DNA of 64,000 nucleotides from Octopus vulgaris (GCA_951406725.2 OX597814.1:211110001-211174000), one strand, 5' to 3'. Shown: positions 40,648 to 55,705, numbered from the stretch's first letter. The notes: a model not told the origin generated them from the letters alone. Numbers and translations: made by a program.

Positions 40648-41190
40648 ATATCGACCATCAGAAGAAGGACCGGAACGACTTAAACGAGAATATGATAACA
40701 ATTCAGTAAGAGAATCTAAAACTAGAACGTTTCTGCATGACAATATTCTAAACTAAGAAATATTTGAAGAGTTCAAATCGATATATATTCTAACCACATG
40801 TGACCACCAAAAATAAAATTTAATGATACAACAGCATCAATAAAAAACTTAGACTAGCCATCATAGACTCAGTGGAATTATAGAGGATCATGAATACCAT
40901 AAAATTAAGTAATCTAATATATGTGCTGTAGACACAGACGTAATAGACAGTGGATCCATCATCACATAGTGCTATACAAGATAAGTTACATCTCACGTAT
41001 ATTTATGCAGAAGCAAACGAAGTGAACGGTAGAAAATGAAGGAAAATACCTCCTAACACTGGAAGCTTCAGAATGAATAAAATACTTCAGAACTAGAGAA
41101 GAACACAGGTTGCTGTGCCTGATATGCAACAATATCTTAGGGAAGAGACCCTAGCGAAATTGCATAATTCAGTCTTTGCGAAACGCACTG

Positions 41191-41275
<85 letters not shown>

Positions 41276-41379
41276 TTCGAAATAGTATGTCTCCTATAAA
41301 AAAAAACTTACAAAATGTTTTTTAGAGATTAATTCATTCAATACAAGCTGATATGAGAAAAAAGCTAAATACCATGAAC

Positions 41380-42550
41380 GTTAATATCAAAGAAAAGACA
41401 AGTGTTTTGCCAGAAAATTGGAAGAGAGTAACCGAAACCGGACGAATGTGCACAAACGTCGAACAGGAATTCAAAGAGCATTGTCTCTTTTATATGACAA
41501 GCGACTATCTCCTAGAGAAGAGTGAACTCAAATTATACACTATATATGATAAATAAATAAAATACTTGTTATACACGGTGCACGCTTTCACTAGCCAAAT
41601 TGGCATCAAGTTCAATGTAGGCAATTAGGCAAACTGCACGTTGAAAAGAGGAAGAGTATCATGGAATAGTAATATATACGATGAACACAACTAGAATAGA
41701 ATTAATCCGCAAACGTATACAAATATATTTGCAAATGTTTAGCAATTAATTATCGATGCATAGTACAGCGCATAAGCAATATAAAGAGTTTGAAATGGAT
41801 GCATTTCACGTTTTAGATTAATCGGTGAAACGGAGCTAAATTCTGCTAGGAGGCAAAGTGCATCAATGAGAAGCCTAGTCGTCCCTTTAATAAATTCTGT
41901 TATTTATTACATTAATTTAAATATGCCAGGACTGAATATGATAGTATGAAACACAAGGACTACCTTAAATATATTATTCACAAACATATAATACTGATTA
42001 TATGTAGCACAATTACAGAAAGATGTGAACCTTCTACAACGAGAAAATTATTACTAGCTATTAGCTGTGCATCTATAAAGATGTATATAGCAAACAACAA
42101 TGGAAAATATATAAACTAGCGATCATATAATATAAACGACCCATCAGATGAATTCTTCGTATTGTTGAGCAAGGTTATTAAAAGAAGGTGTTTTTGCTTC
42201 ACAATAAAGCCCATTAGTAAACTGGCATAACTGATGTTTATGAAGAAAACCACATCAAGGAATCCGTTGTCTCATAAGAAGAACTCATCCTCTTGCAAAC
42301 TGTTAAGAATAATATAATGAAGCTGATTCCAAACAATAATGGCAATGTATGCTGTTAACCACGTGGTTCGAGATGCAAACCGAAAAGAAGAGTGTGATTG
42401 GAAAAAAAAAATACACAATACTAAATGGCAGAGCACCTACAATGGAATAAAACATATTACCGTAGAACGTACCAAAAGTGTAATCTCAGCAATTTCGATT
42501 CTTATGGAATGTATGGAGAGGAATATAAAAGTGCAAAGGAATCCATAGGT
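41380..42550 (+). mobile_element. Degenerate R4/Dong-type non-LTR retrotransposon RT remnants
   Basis: LFYM...ELKLY (YMDDLKLY) and LLYTVHAFTSQIGIKFNVGN*ANCTLKRGR (LLxxVxxFSxDIGMxFGxxKCAxxxxKRGK); boundaries uncertain. Confidence 0.6.
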
Positions 42551-42579
42551 ATAACACAAAATATCCAAATGATATTATT

Positions 42580-42789
42580 TTCTACTCTAGGCACAAGGCC
42601 CGAAATTTTGGGGGAGTGGCCAGTCAATTAGATTAATCGGTGAAACGCAAATGATACTAAATTTATCGACTCCGAACGGATGAAAGCAAATTCGACCTCG
42701 GCAAAATTTGAACGTAGGACGTAATGACAGACGAAATACTGCTAAGCATTTCGCCCCGCGCGCTACCGTTTCTGCCAGCTGGCCGCCTT
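42580..42789 (-). mobile_element. tRNA-derived SINE family B
   Basis: Minus: AAGGCGGCCAGCTGGCAGAAACGGTAGCGCG...GTTCAAATT..GCCGAGGTCGAATTTGCTTTCATCCGTTCGGAGTCGATAAA; homologous to 56251-56472. Confidence 0.85.
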
Positions 42790-44389
42790 AATGTCCAAAT
42801 GATATTAGCTTTGCTGAAATGATGCACCAAGTATTCTCATTAACATGAAACATGCTCGGTTATATACAACTGCACTGATTTTTTTTTTCTGTGAGCACAG
42901 CACACGCGATAGAATTCAACTCAATGAACGTGTAATATTAATGTCAAATAAAATCAGTACAAAGTTACGAGTATTTAGAAAAGGAGAGTTAGTTCGGCGT
43001 AAATCACTTCAGAGTGAAAAGTTGATTCCTTTTTAGCAAACTAGTATGGCAAAAGTCTATATTATATGAAATAAAGTACAATGATGTATCGCAGAATATA
43101 AAAGCGATCAAAAAAATATAAACCTGACCCATTGGGTAATACATTATGTCCAGACTGTCAAAGTACACTCCTTATAATGCATTACTCTATGTCGGGCGGT
43201 TCCCATTGTTCTCACCCATAGTGTAGAGACTATGATTGGTGAATCGTGCTGTGCATTTTAACAAATGAAAGACTGCAGGAACCAGGGTTCACGTGAGCTT
43301 CGGATCAACAAATGCTTCTTCACTCATTCTTGCAATATAATGCGGATTCTACCTGTATATTATTCCATATTTTCGTATTTATCTTGTACATGTGATACGA
43401 TTTTGAGTGAACCTATTGGCAATTATATAGAAACATAATAATCATATTCAAGCATATTATAATACACGATAGATACATGGAATTTTACAATTTCATGTAT
43501 ATATTACATGCAAGAGAAATGAAATAATGGCAATAAACTGTATGCACGACTAATTAAAATGACGAGAAATATATATATATATATATATATTAGACAATGT
43601 CAGAGAACTCATAAAATATGCTGCCGAACTGGAGGATTATGACTAGATGTGAATAACTAAACTCATTACGATATGCTGTTTAGAGCAACAATTTCTCACA
43701 AAAATCTTCGGTGATTCAATCTCTAATCATTAAATGACTAATCATAAAATTTATTATAGTCCAAGCTTTTGATTTAGATGCATTTAATTCAGTCGTATAC
43801 ATCAGGGAATTCAATAAAGGTAGAGCTAAAATTAACGCCTATATTGTTCATGAAAATTAACAAATACCAGTAACAAAACACAAAGTAAAAGCGGAAGATA
43901 TGAGCAGTAAAATATTACCGTATCATGATAATACAATTTCAAAGCCCACTACTACAACATTAGCCGGATAAGGCCATGAAGAACAATGGCGACCACATGT
44001 GAGACTTAGATAAAATGAGAAACAGAAAAGAAATTCTCATCGAAAAGAGAAAGTAAGAAGCAGGAAAATTACACGTATATCCAAGATACAAACATCAAAC
44101 ACTGTAAGAACTTCACAGGCAATTGACTTTGCGATTATTTGGAACAAAACAGATCGTGATATTTATTTGGCAGCGTATTTTTATGTTCAGAGATCAAATC
44201 ATGCTGTGTTTGATTTCATTTTTTTCATCATACCTGAGACGATAAAATATATAACTGTCGATTAAATCAGCTGTCATCTTGAAATCGTTGCCGCACATTA
44301 TCCATACACTAATGTTTAAAATCAGTAGTATGCCATCCTCTCAATGTCCCTCTCCCTTGCTCTCTCTTTCTTTCTCTCTTTATACATAC

Positions 44390-44420
44390 ACACACGCACA
44401 AATACACACTCACGCACACA

Positions 44421-44475
<55 letters not shown>

Positions 44476-44527
44476 CGCACACAATTAGATGCGTGGAGAA
44501 CACACGTGCGCACGTGAGCACGCAGAA

Positions 44528-44584
<57 letters not shown>

Positions 44585-44665
44585 CGCTCACAATTGTGCG
44601 TGTGGAGAACACACGTGTGCACGTGAGCACGCACAACTACACACAAACACATATATATATATACG
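44390..44665 (+). repeat. Local tandem duplication (~110-bp unit) of microsatellite plus unique core
   Basis: CACAATT...GTGGAGAACACACGTG.GCACGTGAGCACGCA occurs at ~44480 and ~44590, each flanked by (CA)n(TA)n. Confidence 0.8.
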
Positions 44666-45859
44666 CATGTGCGCATGATTTATATGCATAAATCAAAAAC
44701 GAAAAGAAAATAAAATGAAAAGATAGAGGAACCTGTCAGACGAAAGAAAAAAATGAGCAGTGATTTATTATGAGGTTAGTTTATCATTTATTTGGAAACG
44801 GATATTCAGGGAATCTCTTCTGAGCATAAATTTGTATGATGACAGTAAGTTAAAGCTGATTCAGTCCCTGCTAATTTGCGGAGCGGAACGCATGTATCCC
44901 TGAAATATCCGCTGAAGATATGGAAGGGTTTCTAGAAGAGCGTGACCCACCAGCGATTAGCTCCTGAAGTTTCTGCTGGGACGTAGAATGTCCGATATTT
45001 GTTTCACCTCTCTTTCTCTTTCTCTTTGTCACTCTTTCTCTCTTTCCTTCAATATACATACTAAAATACACGTATACGCATGCACGTCTATATATATATG
45101 TGTGTGTGTGTGCATGTATGCATGTATGTATGAACGTACATATGTATGTGTGTATGTATATATGTATATACTTAAGTATTTATATATGAATGCACTACCA
45201 ATGTATGTATATAAGCATTTTGGTGGAGACTGGACATCGAAGTTCCTACATATAATATGATGTGTGCTCCTACACATATCATATCAGCCTTCGAGGTTTA
45301 TATGCAAATATTAATAGCTTTACATGTTCTCCAAAATCCAATTCCCCAAAAGAAATACTAGCGAACCCGGTAAGGTTTTTGATGTAGCTTGAGGTCAAAG
45401 ATATGTTCAACGTTTTTATAAATAGAAGTATGATATTAACTTTAAAGTTCCATCGTGCAAACATTTGTGAAGAAAACCAAAATCTGAATTCACTTTCAGC
45501 CCGCTTCATGTATGATTATAAGCAATAGATACTCATGAAAAATCATAAATGCACTGAAAAATGTTTGAGTTTCATACAAAAGTGTTATTCTATATCAGCA
45601 TAAATGTAAACAAAATATTTCTTTTTGAGTTAAGGCTGATGTTGAAGGCAGATGTCACCACCAGCCTTGCGGAAACTGTACTGACGCTCCAACCTGCGCC
45701 TAGATTACCATACGTAGAGCCAGCTGTATACTGAAGATATATATTTGAAGAGCACTATCAGCTGAAGAAAAAATGTCCGGCACATGAAGAATAAAAAAAA
45801 GCCACTGATGCATTTGTCTCTCTGAAGTATCATATCCGGTCCCAGCAAAGATAGAAAAT

Positions 45860-46460
45860 TAACACTAAGTTGGCAGTATACAATGCCTGCGAACTGACAT
45901 GCATTTTAATATTGTATGAGACATAGACAGTGTACCGTCATCACCTAAAAACTTATGAGCGCTTTCATTAACAGTGTTTGTGAATCATCCTGGGCATCCA
46001 CTGGATGACTGATACTCCTAACAGGAAAATTTTGGAAAGAGCCAATGCACTGAGTATTGAGTCTCACACTCACTGTCAACGTATGCGATGTGTTTTTTGT
46101 GTTATTTGTCTTCATAACAGCAGAATTCCCAATCAAATGTTTTAAGCAAACAGTCTCAAAGGACGATAGAACACTAGCATAAGCCAAGAAAACAATTCAA
46201 CGACAGCTTATAACAAACATTTGGAATCTGTGAGATTTCAGAACTTGAGTGAGAAGATATATCACATGATAAAAAACCTGAAACTAAAGTGTCTATAACA
46301 GAGTGAGATCATTCGAGGGAATTGCAGACGGATGGTGACACTTAGGGAGTGATAAAACAATTCCGTAATCTCTTCAGACGTTCGCTTTGCCTGTGACATC
46401 TGTTCCAAGACATGTAGATCTCCAGCACACACAGTGAGGCGCAAGTGGAGACACGTAGAA
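45860..46460 (+). mobile_element. Degenerate RTE-clade LINE 3' fragment
   Basis: KLAVYNACELTCILILYET*TVYRHHLKTYERFH*QCL (RTE KLxVYxAxVLxxLLYxxETWTxYxRHxxxLExFHxRCL); C-terminal FACDICSKTCRS zinc-finger-like segment. Confidence 0.75.
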
Positions 46461-46708
46461 AGACCTGTGACAAAATACAACCATATTCTTATGAGGGCCA
46501 ACCCTACATGCTCTTTCTGCAAGAAAAACTACAAAAATTGCTCAGATATAAGAAGGCAGATGAAGTTTTACAGAAAAAAGTCAAACTAATGATGAGGAAA
46601 ATCTAAGATGTCAGAATTATTTGTATGACTTTTAAACCTGCAACAAGTTCCGTAACTGCCTGGCGGGATTCAAGTGCATTTTTTTATGGTCATACTTGAC
46701 AGCCATCC

Positions 46709-46746
<38 letters not shown>

Positions 46747-47051
46747 CGCGCGTGTGTGCGTGTGTGTGTGTGTATGTGTGTGTATTTATATGCGTGTGTG
46801 TGTATGTGTGTATGTATGTATATAAGAGTTGCTATATATATAAAAGAATTATTTTCAAATTCCAGGAATAAGTTGATGCCCAAATTTATCAGCCAATCAT
46901 TAAAACAGTATAAGTTTAAAGCGTTTCTGCACACCCCCGCAGATGCACGCATACACACACGAATACACACAAAACCATGCACCAACAGATACATGCACAT
47001 AGATATATATTTATATCTCTCCCTCTATTAATCAATCTATCTTTCCACCTA

Positions 47052-47124
<73 letters not shown>

Positions 47125-47317
47125 ATATACACATATGTATACATTTAAGTTGACATACATATACATGTATATATATATATATGTATGTATATATAAACAT
47201 CAGGAGATATATTAGGACATGAAATGTAACAGCCGGACTAGATTATTTTATGCGCAACTCCATTGTCTCCCGAGACAAAAAGGATGCCAAGACACCAACA
47301 AGAAATAAACATTTGTA

Positions 47318-47372
<55 letters not shown>

Positions 47373-47478
47373 TTACATATATATATATACATATATACAT
47401 ATATATATCTATATATATATGCATATGTATATGTCTCATCATAACCAGATCGCTGAGGAGAAGTGGGCCATTGAAAAA

Positions 47479-47512
<34 letters not shown>

Positions 47513-47529
47513 TATATATACATATTTAC

Positions 47530-47560
<31 letters not shown>

Positions 47561-47585
47561 CATATATATGTATATATATATATAT

Positions 47586-47910
47586 ATACTTTGATACTTT
47601 GATACTTTGATAGGTTTCTGGGCCATTATTGGCCCAGGCCATGTCTAACTTAATAGCACCACCTGGTGAAGTCTTTCAAGTCAGAATTTGGGCACTATGG
47701 CCCACTCAAGTAGATAGTTATTGTTTACAGAGACATATCCGGGTGTAGGGGGTTTATCCGGGATTTCTTGAAGGAATCTGTCCAAAGACTTCTTGAACCC
47801 TATAGGGTCAGTTTCTGTTTTAATGTGTTTTGGTGTAATGTTAAAGAGAGCGGGGACAATTGAGGTGAAATAATTGTGCCGTATTGTTGTTATGAGATGA
47901 GAGTGCGATT
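47586..47910 (-). mobile_element. CR1-group LINE 3' end (5'-truncated) with 8-bp tandem tail
   Basis: Minus frame HSHLITTIRHNYFTSIVPALFNITPKHIKTETDPIGFKKSLDRFLQEIPDKPPTPGYVSVNNNYLLEW; 3' UTR ends in (ATCAAAGT)3. Confidence 0.85.
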
Positions 47911-47946
47911 ATTACGCACCTACCCAATATATATGTATATATACAT

Positions 47947-47984
<38 letters not shown>

Positions 47985-48779
47985 CATAAATGTATACATA
48001 ATTATATAAATGTGTGAATAAATAATAGACTCACACACACATATATATACATAAAGAAATATATATGTTGTGTGTTGTTAGCTAGCCAGCTAGCTATATA
48101 GATAGATATAGATTTATATCTATGGGCATGTATCTGAGCATGGGTGCTTTGGTGGATGGGTGCGAGTGGTGTGTAGATGTTCGTGTGTATGTGTGCATGT
48201 GTGCTTTTTTGTATATGTGTGTGTGTGTGTGGGCGAATGTCAAATTTAGACATAAACTTAGTCCTCGAATTTGAATTTAGCTCTGTTTGAAATATCCTTA
48301 AGAATAACCTTTATGATGTTATTTCTCTTGGGATTTAATTGAAGTTGTTTTTCTCACGAGAATACAGTCCAGCCTCTAACGAATTTGTAAGATTATTTTG
48401 CTATCAAGACAGCACTATGTGTTCTTTGGTATCTTTATTGATTGATATAAACATATATGTGTGTATTGTGTGTTTGTGTGCGTATCTAGTTAACGTGAAC
48501 TCTTTCATTTGCGTTTACAATAGAACACGTATGTCTCTGTATTTATCATCCCTTCATTACTGGTTTGATAGTTACTTTTGCTCTCATCTGCTGGGTACTG
48601 CTCACTAAAAAATGCATGATATTTACTTTCTGACTTATCAAACAATATGGAGTATTTTGGGCTTACACCGAATTATGTTATAATTGCAATATTTTGGCTG
48701 TAAACTTTATTTTTAAGGATGTGAAAACTCTTTGGTTCTGGTGTACCTTTAGTGTGGTCGTCTGTATAACATTTTCCTT

Positions 48780-49150
48780 GCGTATAGCGCTCCGAACTGT
48801 ATTGGTGTCAACGATATACCACGTAGGGGTAATTTGGAGCAACTACTAATGATATGAGTAACAACTTCTACTGGTATAGCAGTAGGTCCTCTACATTTCT
48901 TTTCATGATCCAGTATCTCATAGATGTCGCATGTTCTTGGATAGCAAAATTTTACCATTACTGATGGGATGCAATATAGTTATCACAGGTCCAATAAATT
49001 CTAATAGATTTCTCAATGTTGCTAGCAAACATTTGGTAGCATTGTTGCCAGAAAACTCTAGCCTGCGGGACATGTACCCGTGCCTGACCTCCTGCTGTCA
49101 TAATGGATAATTCTCTTCGTAACTGCTGATTGAGTCCACTCACGCATAGT
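48780..49150 (-). mobile_element. Degenerate R4/Dong-type LINE fragment (zinc-knuckle region)
   Basis: FAIQEHATSMRY and KCRG...EVVTHIISSCSKL (CRxC...E.V.HIIS.C..L). Confidence 0.6.
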
Positions 49151-49700
49151 TTATATGAAACAACAGTGTTTTCGAAGAAATATTTCAGTTATTCACTTAA
49201 TCGCTTCCTATTAACCTATTTGAATAAATGTGAGGTGTATTCACGTTTCGCTTTACTGTTAAAGTAGCTGTTGTCTATGTGACACTGACACGATATATGT
49301 CTGTCTATGCATGCATGTATGTATGTATTATATGTATATATGGTTGATTGTATCTATGTATATACATTCAAATCTTCATCAGGTTTGCGGAAGCGCACAA
49401 TCTGGAGGAAATTGAATTTTCCGCATACAAGAAACAGCCGATAATGCGATAAATAGGCTAATATAAAACTGAAAAAAAAACCAAAAACAAAAGAAGAAGC
49501 ATTAGCTTTGGGTAGATATATGCTTATTCGTCAGTGTATGAGTGCAAAAATGCATGGGATTGTTAGAAAAAGCACTGCTAATTCTAAAATATAGATGAAT
49601 TTGTCCTGACCAGAACGCAAATACATAACCGAGCAAAACGTTATACAGAAGATTTAACCCATATGTATATATATATATATACATACATACATATACATAC

Positions 49701-49781
<81 letters not shown>

Positions 49782-49853
49782 TATATATATATATATGTGG
49801 GTGTGTGTATACATATCTATGCAAAAATATATATACTTACAAACACATGATTA

Positions 49854-49892
<39 letters not shown>

Positions 49893-50373
49893 GACTATAT
49901 ATAAATCCATTTCTACTTGAAGCGATTGGTGTGGGTTTCTTTCCTATTACAAGAACGTTGCATATATGCAATCTCTGAATTATTTATTATGTTACGTGAC
50001 AGGTATATTTGCATTTAAAATTATTAAATCTTGTATGATACTTTTCTGAAAATAATATAGCATTAATAATGTTCTATCTTTGAAGCCGACGTTATTCTCT
50101 ATGTGAATGTAACTTAGACAGAACTTGGAAATTGTTTGTAGGAGAATCTCATAAAGTTCTCGTTGTATCTGAAAATCACGAAATTAGAATTCACAATATA
50201 ATGTTCCGAATATTTGTGGTTTTTGTCGTGGTTTTGTTTCATGTATCCCTTCGTGTGATATCCAAGATAAAATTTCTTTCAACAATTCAGCGAACATATG
50301 AGAGAAACAGTCCATGAGGGGGGGGGGGGGTTACTAATAATTCTTCCTGCATTTTTATTATATATTTCATAGG

Positions 50374-50795
50374 ACTCTTTTACTCTTTTACTCTTTTACT
50401 TGTTTCAGTCATTTGACTGCGGCCATGCTGGAGCACTGCCTTTAATCGAACAACTCGACCCCGGGACTTATTCTTTTTGTAAGCCCAATACTTATTCTAT
50501 CGTTCTCTTTTGCCGAACCGCTAAGTAACGGGGACATGAACACACCACCATCGGTTGTCAAGCAATGCTAGGGGGACAAACACAGACACACAAACAAACA
50601 AACATATATATATATATATATATACATATATACGACAGGCTTCTTTCAGTTTCCGTCTACCAAATCCACTCACAAGGCATTGGTCGGCCCGGGGCTATTG
50701 CAGAAGACACTTGCCCAAGATGCCACGCAGTGGGACTGAACCCGGAACCATGTAGTTGGTTAGCAAGCTACTTACCACACAGCCACTCCTGCCCC
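50374..50795 (-). mobile_element. tRNA-derived SINE family A, near full length
   Basis: Reverse complement of the family A copies; (ACTCTTTT)n tail at 50374-50400. Confidence 0.93.
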
Positions 50796-50899
50796 TGTAT
50801 AAAATTAACAGAAATTATATCGGACTTAATACATCTTATCATGATAAATTATATTAATGAATATAAAATATTGAATTTTTTTTTTTTAAACAGAGTCTT

Positions 50900-51260
50900 A
50901 AAACGTTTTCCTTTTACTGACAGGGGAAGAGAATCTCCCCACCACAACTGAGTGGTATTAGATTGGTATACCAATGTTGCATGGAATTTAATGCTCATCA
51001 GTAAAGCTTACACCATTATGTGTGATTTAGTTAAATAGAATTTACCATAGGAATCAGTATCTGATTCTGCAAAGGGGTAATGTGAAAATTATAAAATAAT
51101 TAAGGTGTCTTGAAGTAATTCCAAACCAAAATGTGACGAAAGTTGCAGGCAGCATCAGCATTGCTAGAAATAAGAGTCAAAGAATTCTTTAACCGTGGAA
51201 AGCAAATTTTCTTTTTACTGACAGGGGACCGAAATCTCAGCCACAGTTGAGTGGCAATAA
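50900..51260 (-). mobile_element. Partial tandem (~310-bp period) of short repeat with decayed hammerhead
   Basis: TTTTACTGACAGGGGA..GAA.TCTC...CCACA..TGAGTGG at ~50912 and ~51213. Minus 50958-51004 reads TTA CTGATGA GCAT-taaattcc-ATGC AACA TTGGTATACCAA T C TAA. Confidence 0.65.
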
Positions 51261-51464
51261 TAGAAAATGTGCGGTCGGCGGCTAATAACTCAATTGACTC
51301 TTATTTCTAGCAATACTACTGCTCCTGGTATCCTTCGTCACTGTTTAGTAAAAGTGAAATTTCTTTCCTTTTTGCTTTTCAATTGCATTTAACCACCTCA
51401 AATATATAATGTATGCGTGTGTTTTTGTGTGTGCATACATACATATACGCACACATATATATGC

Positions 51465-51506
<42 letters not shown>

Positions 51507-51636
51507 CACACAAGTGCAAACAAGAGAGACAGAGAAAGGCAGAAAGAAGGAAAATGCCACTTATATTTGAACACTATACAAATATTCCTTTAAGAAAACT
51601 TTTCTTCTAATTTTTCTAAATTTAATTATTTAATCG

Positions 51637-51680
51637 TTACAGTTGAAAAGGTCTCAAAATGACCGAAACCGGTACTGAAA
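51637..51680 (+). ncRNA. Decayed hammerhead motif
   Basis: CAG TTGAAAA GGTC-tcaaaat-GACC GAAA CCGG T A CTG; stems and GAAA intact, CUGANGA mutated. Confidence 0.6.
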
Positions 51681-51750
51681 TGTCCTTTATAAAATTATTT
51701 TAGCATTTTCTATCTTGACTCATTTTTTCATATATATATATATATACACA

Positions 51751-52051
51751 TTTTTTTTCTCTAGTTTCAGCTCAGAGCTGCGGCCATGCTGATGCACCGC
51801 CGTTTTGTGCTACACTGTTATTGCGAAGAACCTCGTCTAATATGTGGCACTTGAAGAATGGAGTTTGATATAGCTACTCTCATTTGCACCTCTTGCCGTG
51901 AGGTAGGTTCATCTGGGACTCTCGCTAGGAAGATGTCCAGCTTTGATTTAAAAACCGCTACATCTACTTTGTGCGAGTTCCTCAGACTCTTTGGGAGAAT
52001 ATTAAAAAGCTGTGAGCCCTTGAAACCCAGGCTGTTGCAGAAGCTGGTCCT
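51751..52051 (-). mobile_element. CR1-group LINE 3' end (5'-truncated)
   Basis: Open minus frame TSFCNSLGFKGSQLFNILPKSLRNSHKVDVAVFKSKLDIFLARVPDEPTSRQEVQMRVAISNSIL...*; 3' UTR GGCGGTGCATCAGCATGGCCGCAGCTCTGAGCTGAAACTAG + A-run. Confidence 0.88.
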
Positions 52052-52765
52052 ATATATACATTTCTATATACATATGTGTTTGTGTAATATAGACAGGCAG
52101 ACAGACAAAGAGAGAGGTAGAGCAAGCATGCAGTACATACTTAATTGCACACACACATATATATATTCTGCTGACACAAGACTTAATTAGAAACAATCAT
52201 ATGAAATGGACAGTTGCAATTATAACCCTTTTCATACAATAATGTATTAGAAAAGAAAATGACCTACAGCTGAATATGCAAATTAATTGACATTGCTTCT
52301 GGAATCGAATAGGTTTTTGTGCAACAATCATCAGTGATACTGTATTTATAATTGCTAATATCGAGGGATTTCTTGAATATGATATACCTATTTGTCTTGA
52401 AGTCGCATTCACGAAATCTCGTTCAATTAAGAAATTACTGAGGCGCCAGAAGTATGCACTGCAATTTTAAACTACGATAAAAGGACTGTATCATTCAGGC
52501 AACCCTTCGTGTGTAATGTAATTAAGCTTAATTAAATAAATCGAAGAATTCTAAATACATATTACTGGCGCCATTTATAGAGTATTAATCAACACACTTT
52601 TCATGAATGCGTTATTTATGACAATAAGTAAATCCGATTTCATGCTTTTCATAATATTGGCCTTACATACATACATATAAATATTTATGCATGCATCCAT
52701 ACAACAAAATATATAAATATGCATATATAGATGTATATTCATGTACATATCTATATATCTGTCTG

Positions 52766-52937
<172 letters not shown>

Positions 52938-53274
52938 AGGTGTCTAGAAGCAATACCAAACAAAAAAGGAAATAATTCACCGTCACTAAACAGTAACGAA
53001 AGTTGCGGGGATCAGTAACGTTGCTAAAAATAAGTGTCAAAGAAATATTTAAAGGTGGGAAACTTTCTTTTTACTCACAAGGGAGACGAAATCTGGCTTC
53101 CTATTCTCTATCTCATGGTCCCACTGAATCATAAAATTCGATAGAATTTTCTTATAGAATATTCCATGTATGATTCGCAGACAGCTGTGCTATAAATAGA
53201 GGCTGGATATAGCAAAGATGCAGTGCGGGCAAACTAAAAAAAAAACTGTGTAAGCGAGAAGGACAAGATAAAGA

Positions 53275-53595
53275 CAGTGTGATCTAATTATCCAATATGA
53301 ACTTCGCAAGCTGCATATAGTGATTATGAACAAAGAAGAAAAAATCATCTTTAATAATAGATATTGCATGCCCTTGATAAGGAGATCAGATAATGGTATT
53401 TGTATTGGGATATAAAAAAGATTGTGGTCGTTGAAGAATATAAAATTTATACAGAATTTGAAGCCATGGGAACTATATGTACAAAGATTACAAACTGGAT
53501 TGAAACGATAGGAATTAATACGAAGATACCGTATTTATAGAAAATAGCGTTGCATGGAACCGCGCAAATCTTACGCAAATTCTCGAAATTTGAAT
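53275..53595 (+). mobile_element. R4/Dong-type LINE 3' end (restriction-like endonuclease remnant)
   Basis: RKLHIVIMNKEEK..LIIDIACP, EAMGTI, L*KIALHGTAQILRK (RxPDIV..IIDxAxP..GALGT..LQKxALLGTAxILRK). Confidence 0.75.
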
Positions 53596-54257
53596 GGAGT
53601 GCGTTTCTTTAGCATCGTATGTGTGTGTGTACGTTTGCGAATGTGTGTGTGTGTGTTTGCGGGGTAGTATGTGCGTGTGTATGTGTGTGTGTTCAGGGTG
53701 TGTGTACAATTGTGTGTGTGTGTGTGCGCGTGAGTGAACTTGTGAGCGGGGTGGGGAGTTTGTATGTAGACAGCAGACTGCTATATCACCCAGTGAAAGA
53801 TTGTGTTAAACAAAAGTAACACAAATAATAGATAATTGCCTACTTATTCACTCTAAAGTGTATATCAGAGTGAACACTACAAGGGTAATAAACATATTTA
53901 ATTCTCATCTTCAAAAAGACTAAAGTACTGATTTCAAGCAATAATGGTAACAGTAATATCAAGTGATGCACTATATTTAAGTTTAGTTTGGGAATGGTTA
54001 TTAAAATTGCTAATATTCTTCATATAGTTTTTCTTGTGTGCAATTGCAGTATCGAACGAAAGTTGCTACACATGTCATATTACATCTACGTTCTTAATAC
54101 AATTTTCATATGCTATGCCTTAAAAATATTGTCTAGCATATTGTTAAATCCAAAGAAAATTGTACGTTAAAATAACCAGTACATCTAACAAATTCCATTT
54201 TCACCATTTGTAACACAGTTGACTAAATTCAGAAGAATCAAATTTTCTCATCAAATA

Positions 54258-54673
54258 TACTCTTTACTCTTTTACTCTTTTACTTGTTTCAGACATTTGA
54301 CTGCGGCCATGCTGGAGCACCGCCTTTAGTCGAGCAAATCGACCCCGGGACGTATTCTTTGTAAGCCCAGTACTTATTCTATCGGTCTGTTTGCCGAACC
54401 GCTAGGTAACGGGGACGTAAACATACCAGCATCGGTTGTCAAGCAATGCTAGAGGGACAAACACAGACACACAAACAAACACACACATATATATACATAT
54501 ACATATATACGACAGGCTTCTTTCAGTTTCCGTCTACCAAATCCACTCACAAGGCATTGGTCGGCCCGGCGCTATAGCAGAAGACACTTACCCAAGATGC
54601 CACGCAGTGGGACTCAACCCGGAACCATGTGGTTGGTTAGCAAGCTACTTACCACCACAGCCACTCCTGCGCC
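54258..54673 (-). mobile_element. tRNA-derived SINE family A, near full length
   Basis: Reverse complement of the family A copies, with (ACTCTTT)n tail. Confidence 0.93.
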
Positions 54674-55646
54674 TATATATTAATATTATTATTGCTTCAG
54701 TTTTCTAGATATCAGGTGTAAGTATCATGAGAGTTTGACGATTAGGCACAGTAGCTATTCAACAGTTTCGTGACAATATATCTACGATGAAATTCATAAC
54801 TATAATTTGTTAGGAGAATAATACATATATTTCGCTTCAGTTATAATTAGATATCTTCTAATTTCACTGCCAGACGTTACACGACAAGTGCTCAGGTTCT
54901 TAAAACCTATACAATAACAAGCATCACTATTCATTTAAGGGCACGTAACCTATTTTAGGAATTAATGATTTTACAGAAATCTGTAGGTCAGCTACATTTA
55001 CCTAATCAAATAACTACCTGCTACTCTTAGAATCAAAGGCTATATTCGTCAATGAAGCAATTGAATAGAAAGCAGAGAAGGCTACTGTAACCATAGACAG
55101 TGGACATGTGGAGAAAGAATTTATCATATGTCTCAAACATCATTTTCGAAAAGGGACAAAACAAAAATAAAATCAAATCATATTTTTTAATTCGCTTTTA
55201 TGTCCATAATGTTTTAATTTCATTTAATGTTTTAATATTATTCAGAGAGTCTAGACCGTGACATTTTTGTCAATATTGTCTGTTCATTTTCTCCAGGATT
55301 TATTCACACAATGGACAAAAAGTAGATCTATAGTTTATTTTTGTAACATAAGGGAAATTCCGGTAAAATGATGTCGGTACATTGTTGGAACAATACATTT
55401 GTCTCGCTAATTCTTTTAAACCGCTATCAATTAATGCAAATTACATTATGGTTTATTGTACGTGTGCATATAGAGTTAAATGAAAACTTGCTTTAAAGTT
55501 AGAGAAACCAGTAGTGAATATATCGTATAAAGCTGCAAAACTTTAATGACGTCACGTTATTTATAACCTCTCACTCTTTCTACATATGTATACGTGCCTG
55601 TATGTATGTGTGCCTGGACGTGTGTATCTATTTGTGTGTGTAATTA

Positions 55647-55705
<59 letters not shown>

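Noticed and set aside
49360-49390. Minus-strand CTGATGAAG
   Set aside because: No stem II/GAAA arrangement follows.
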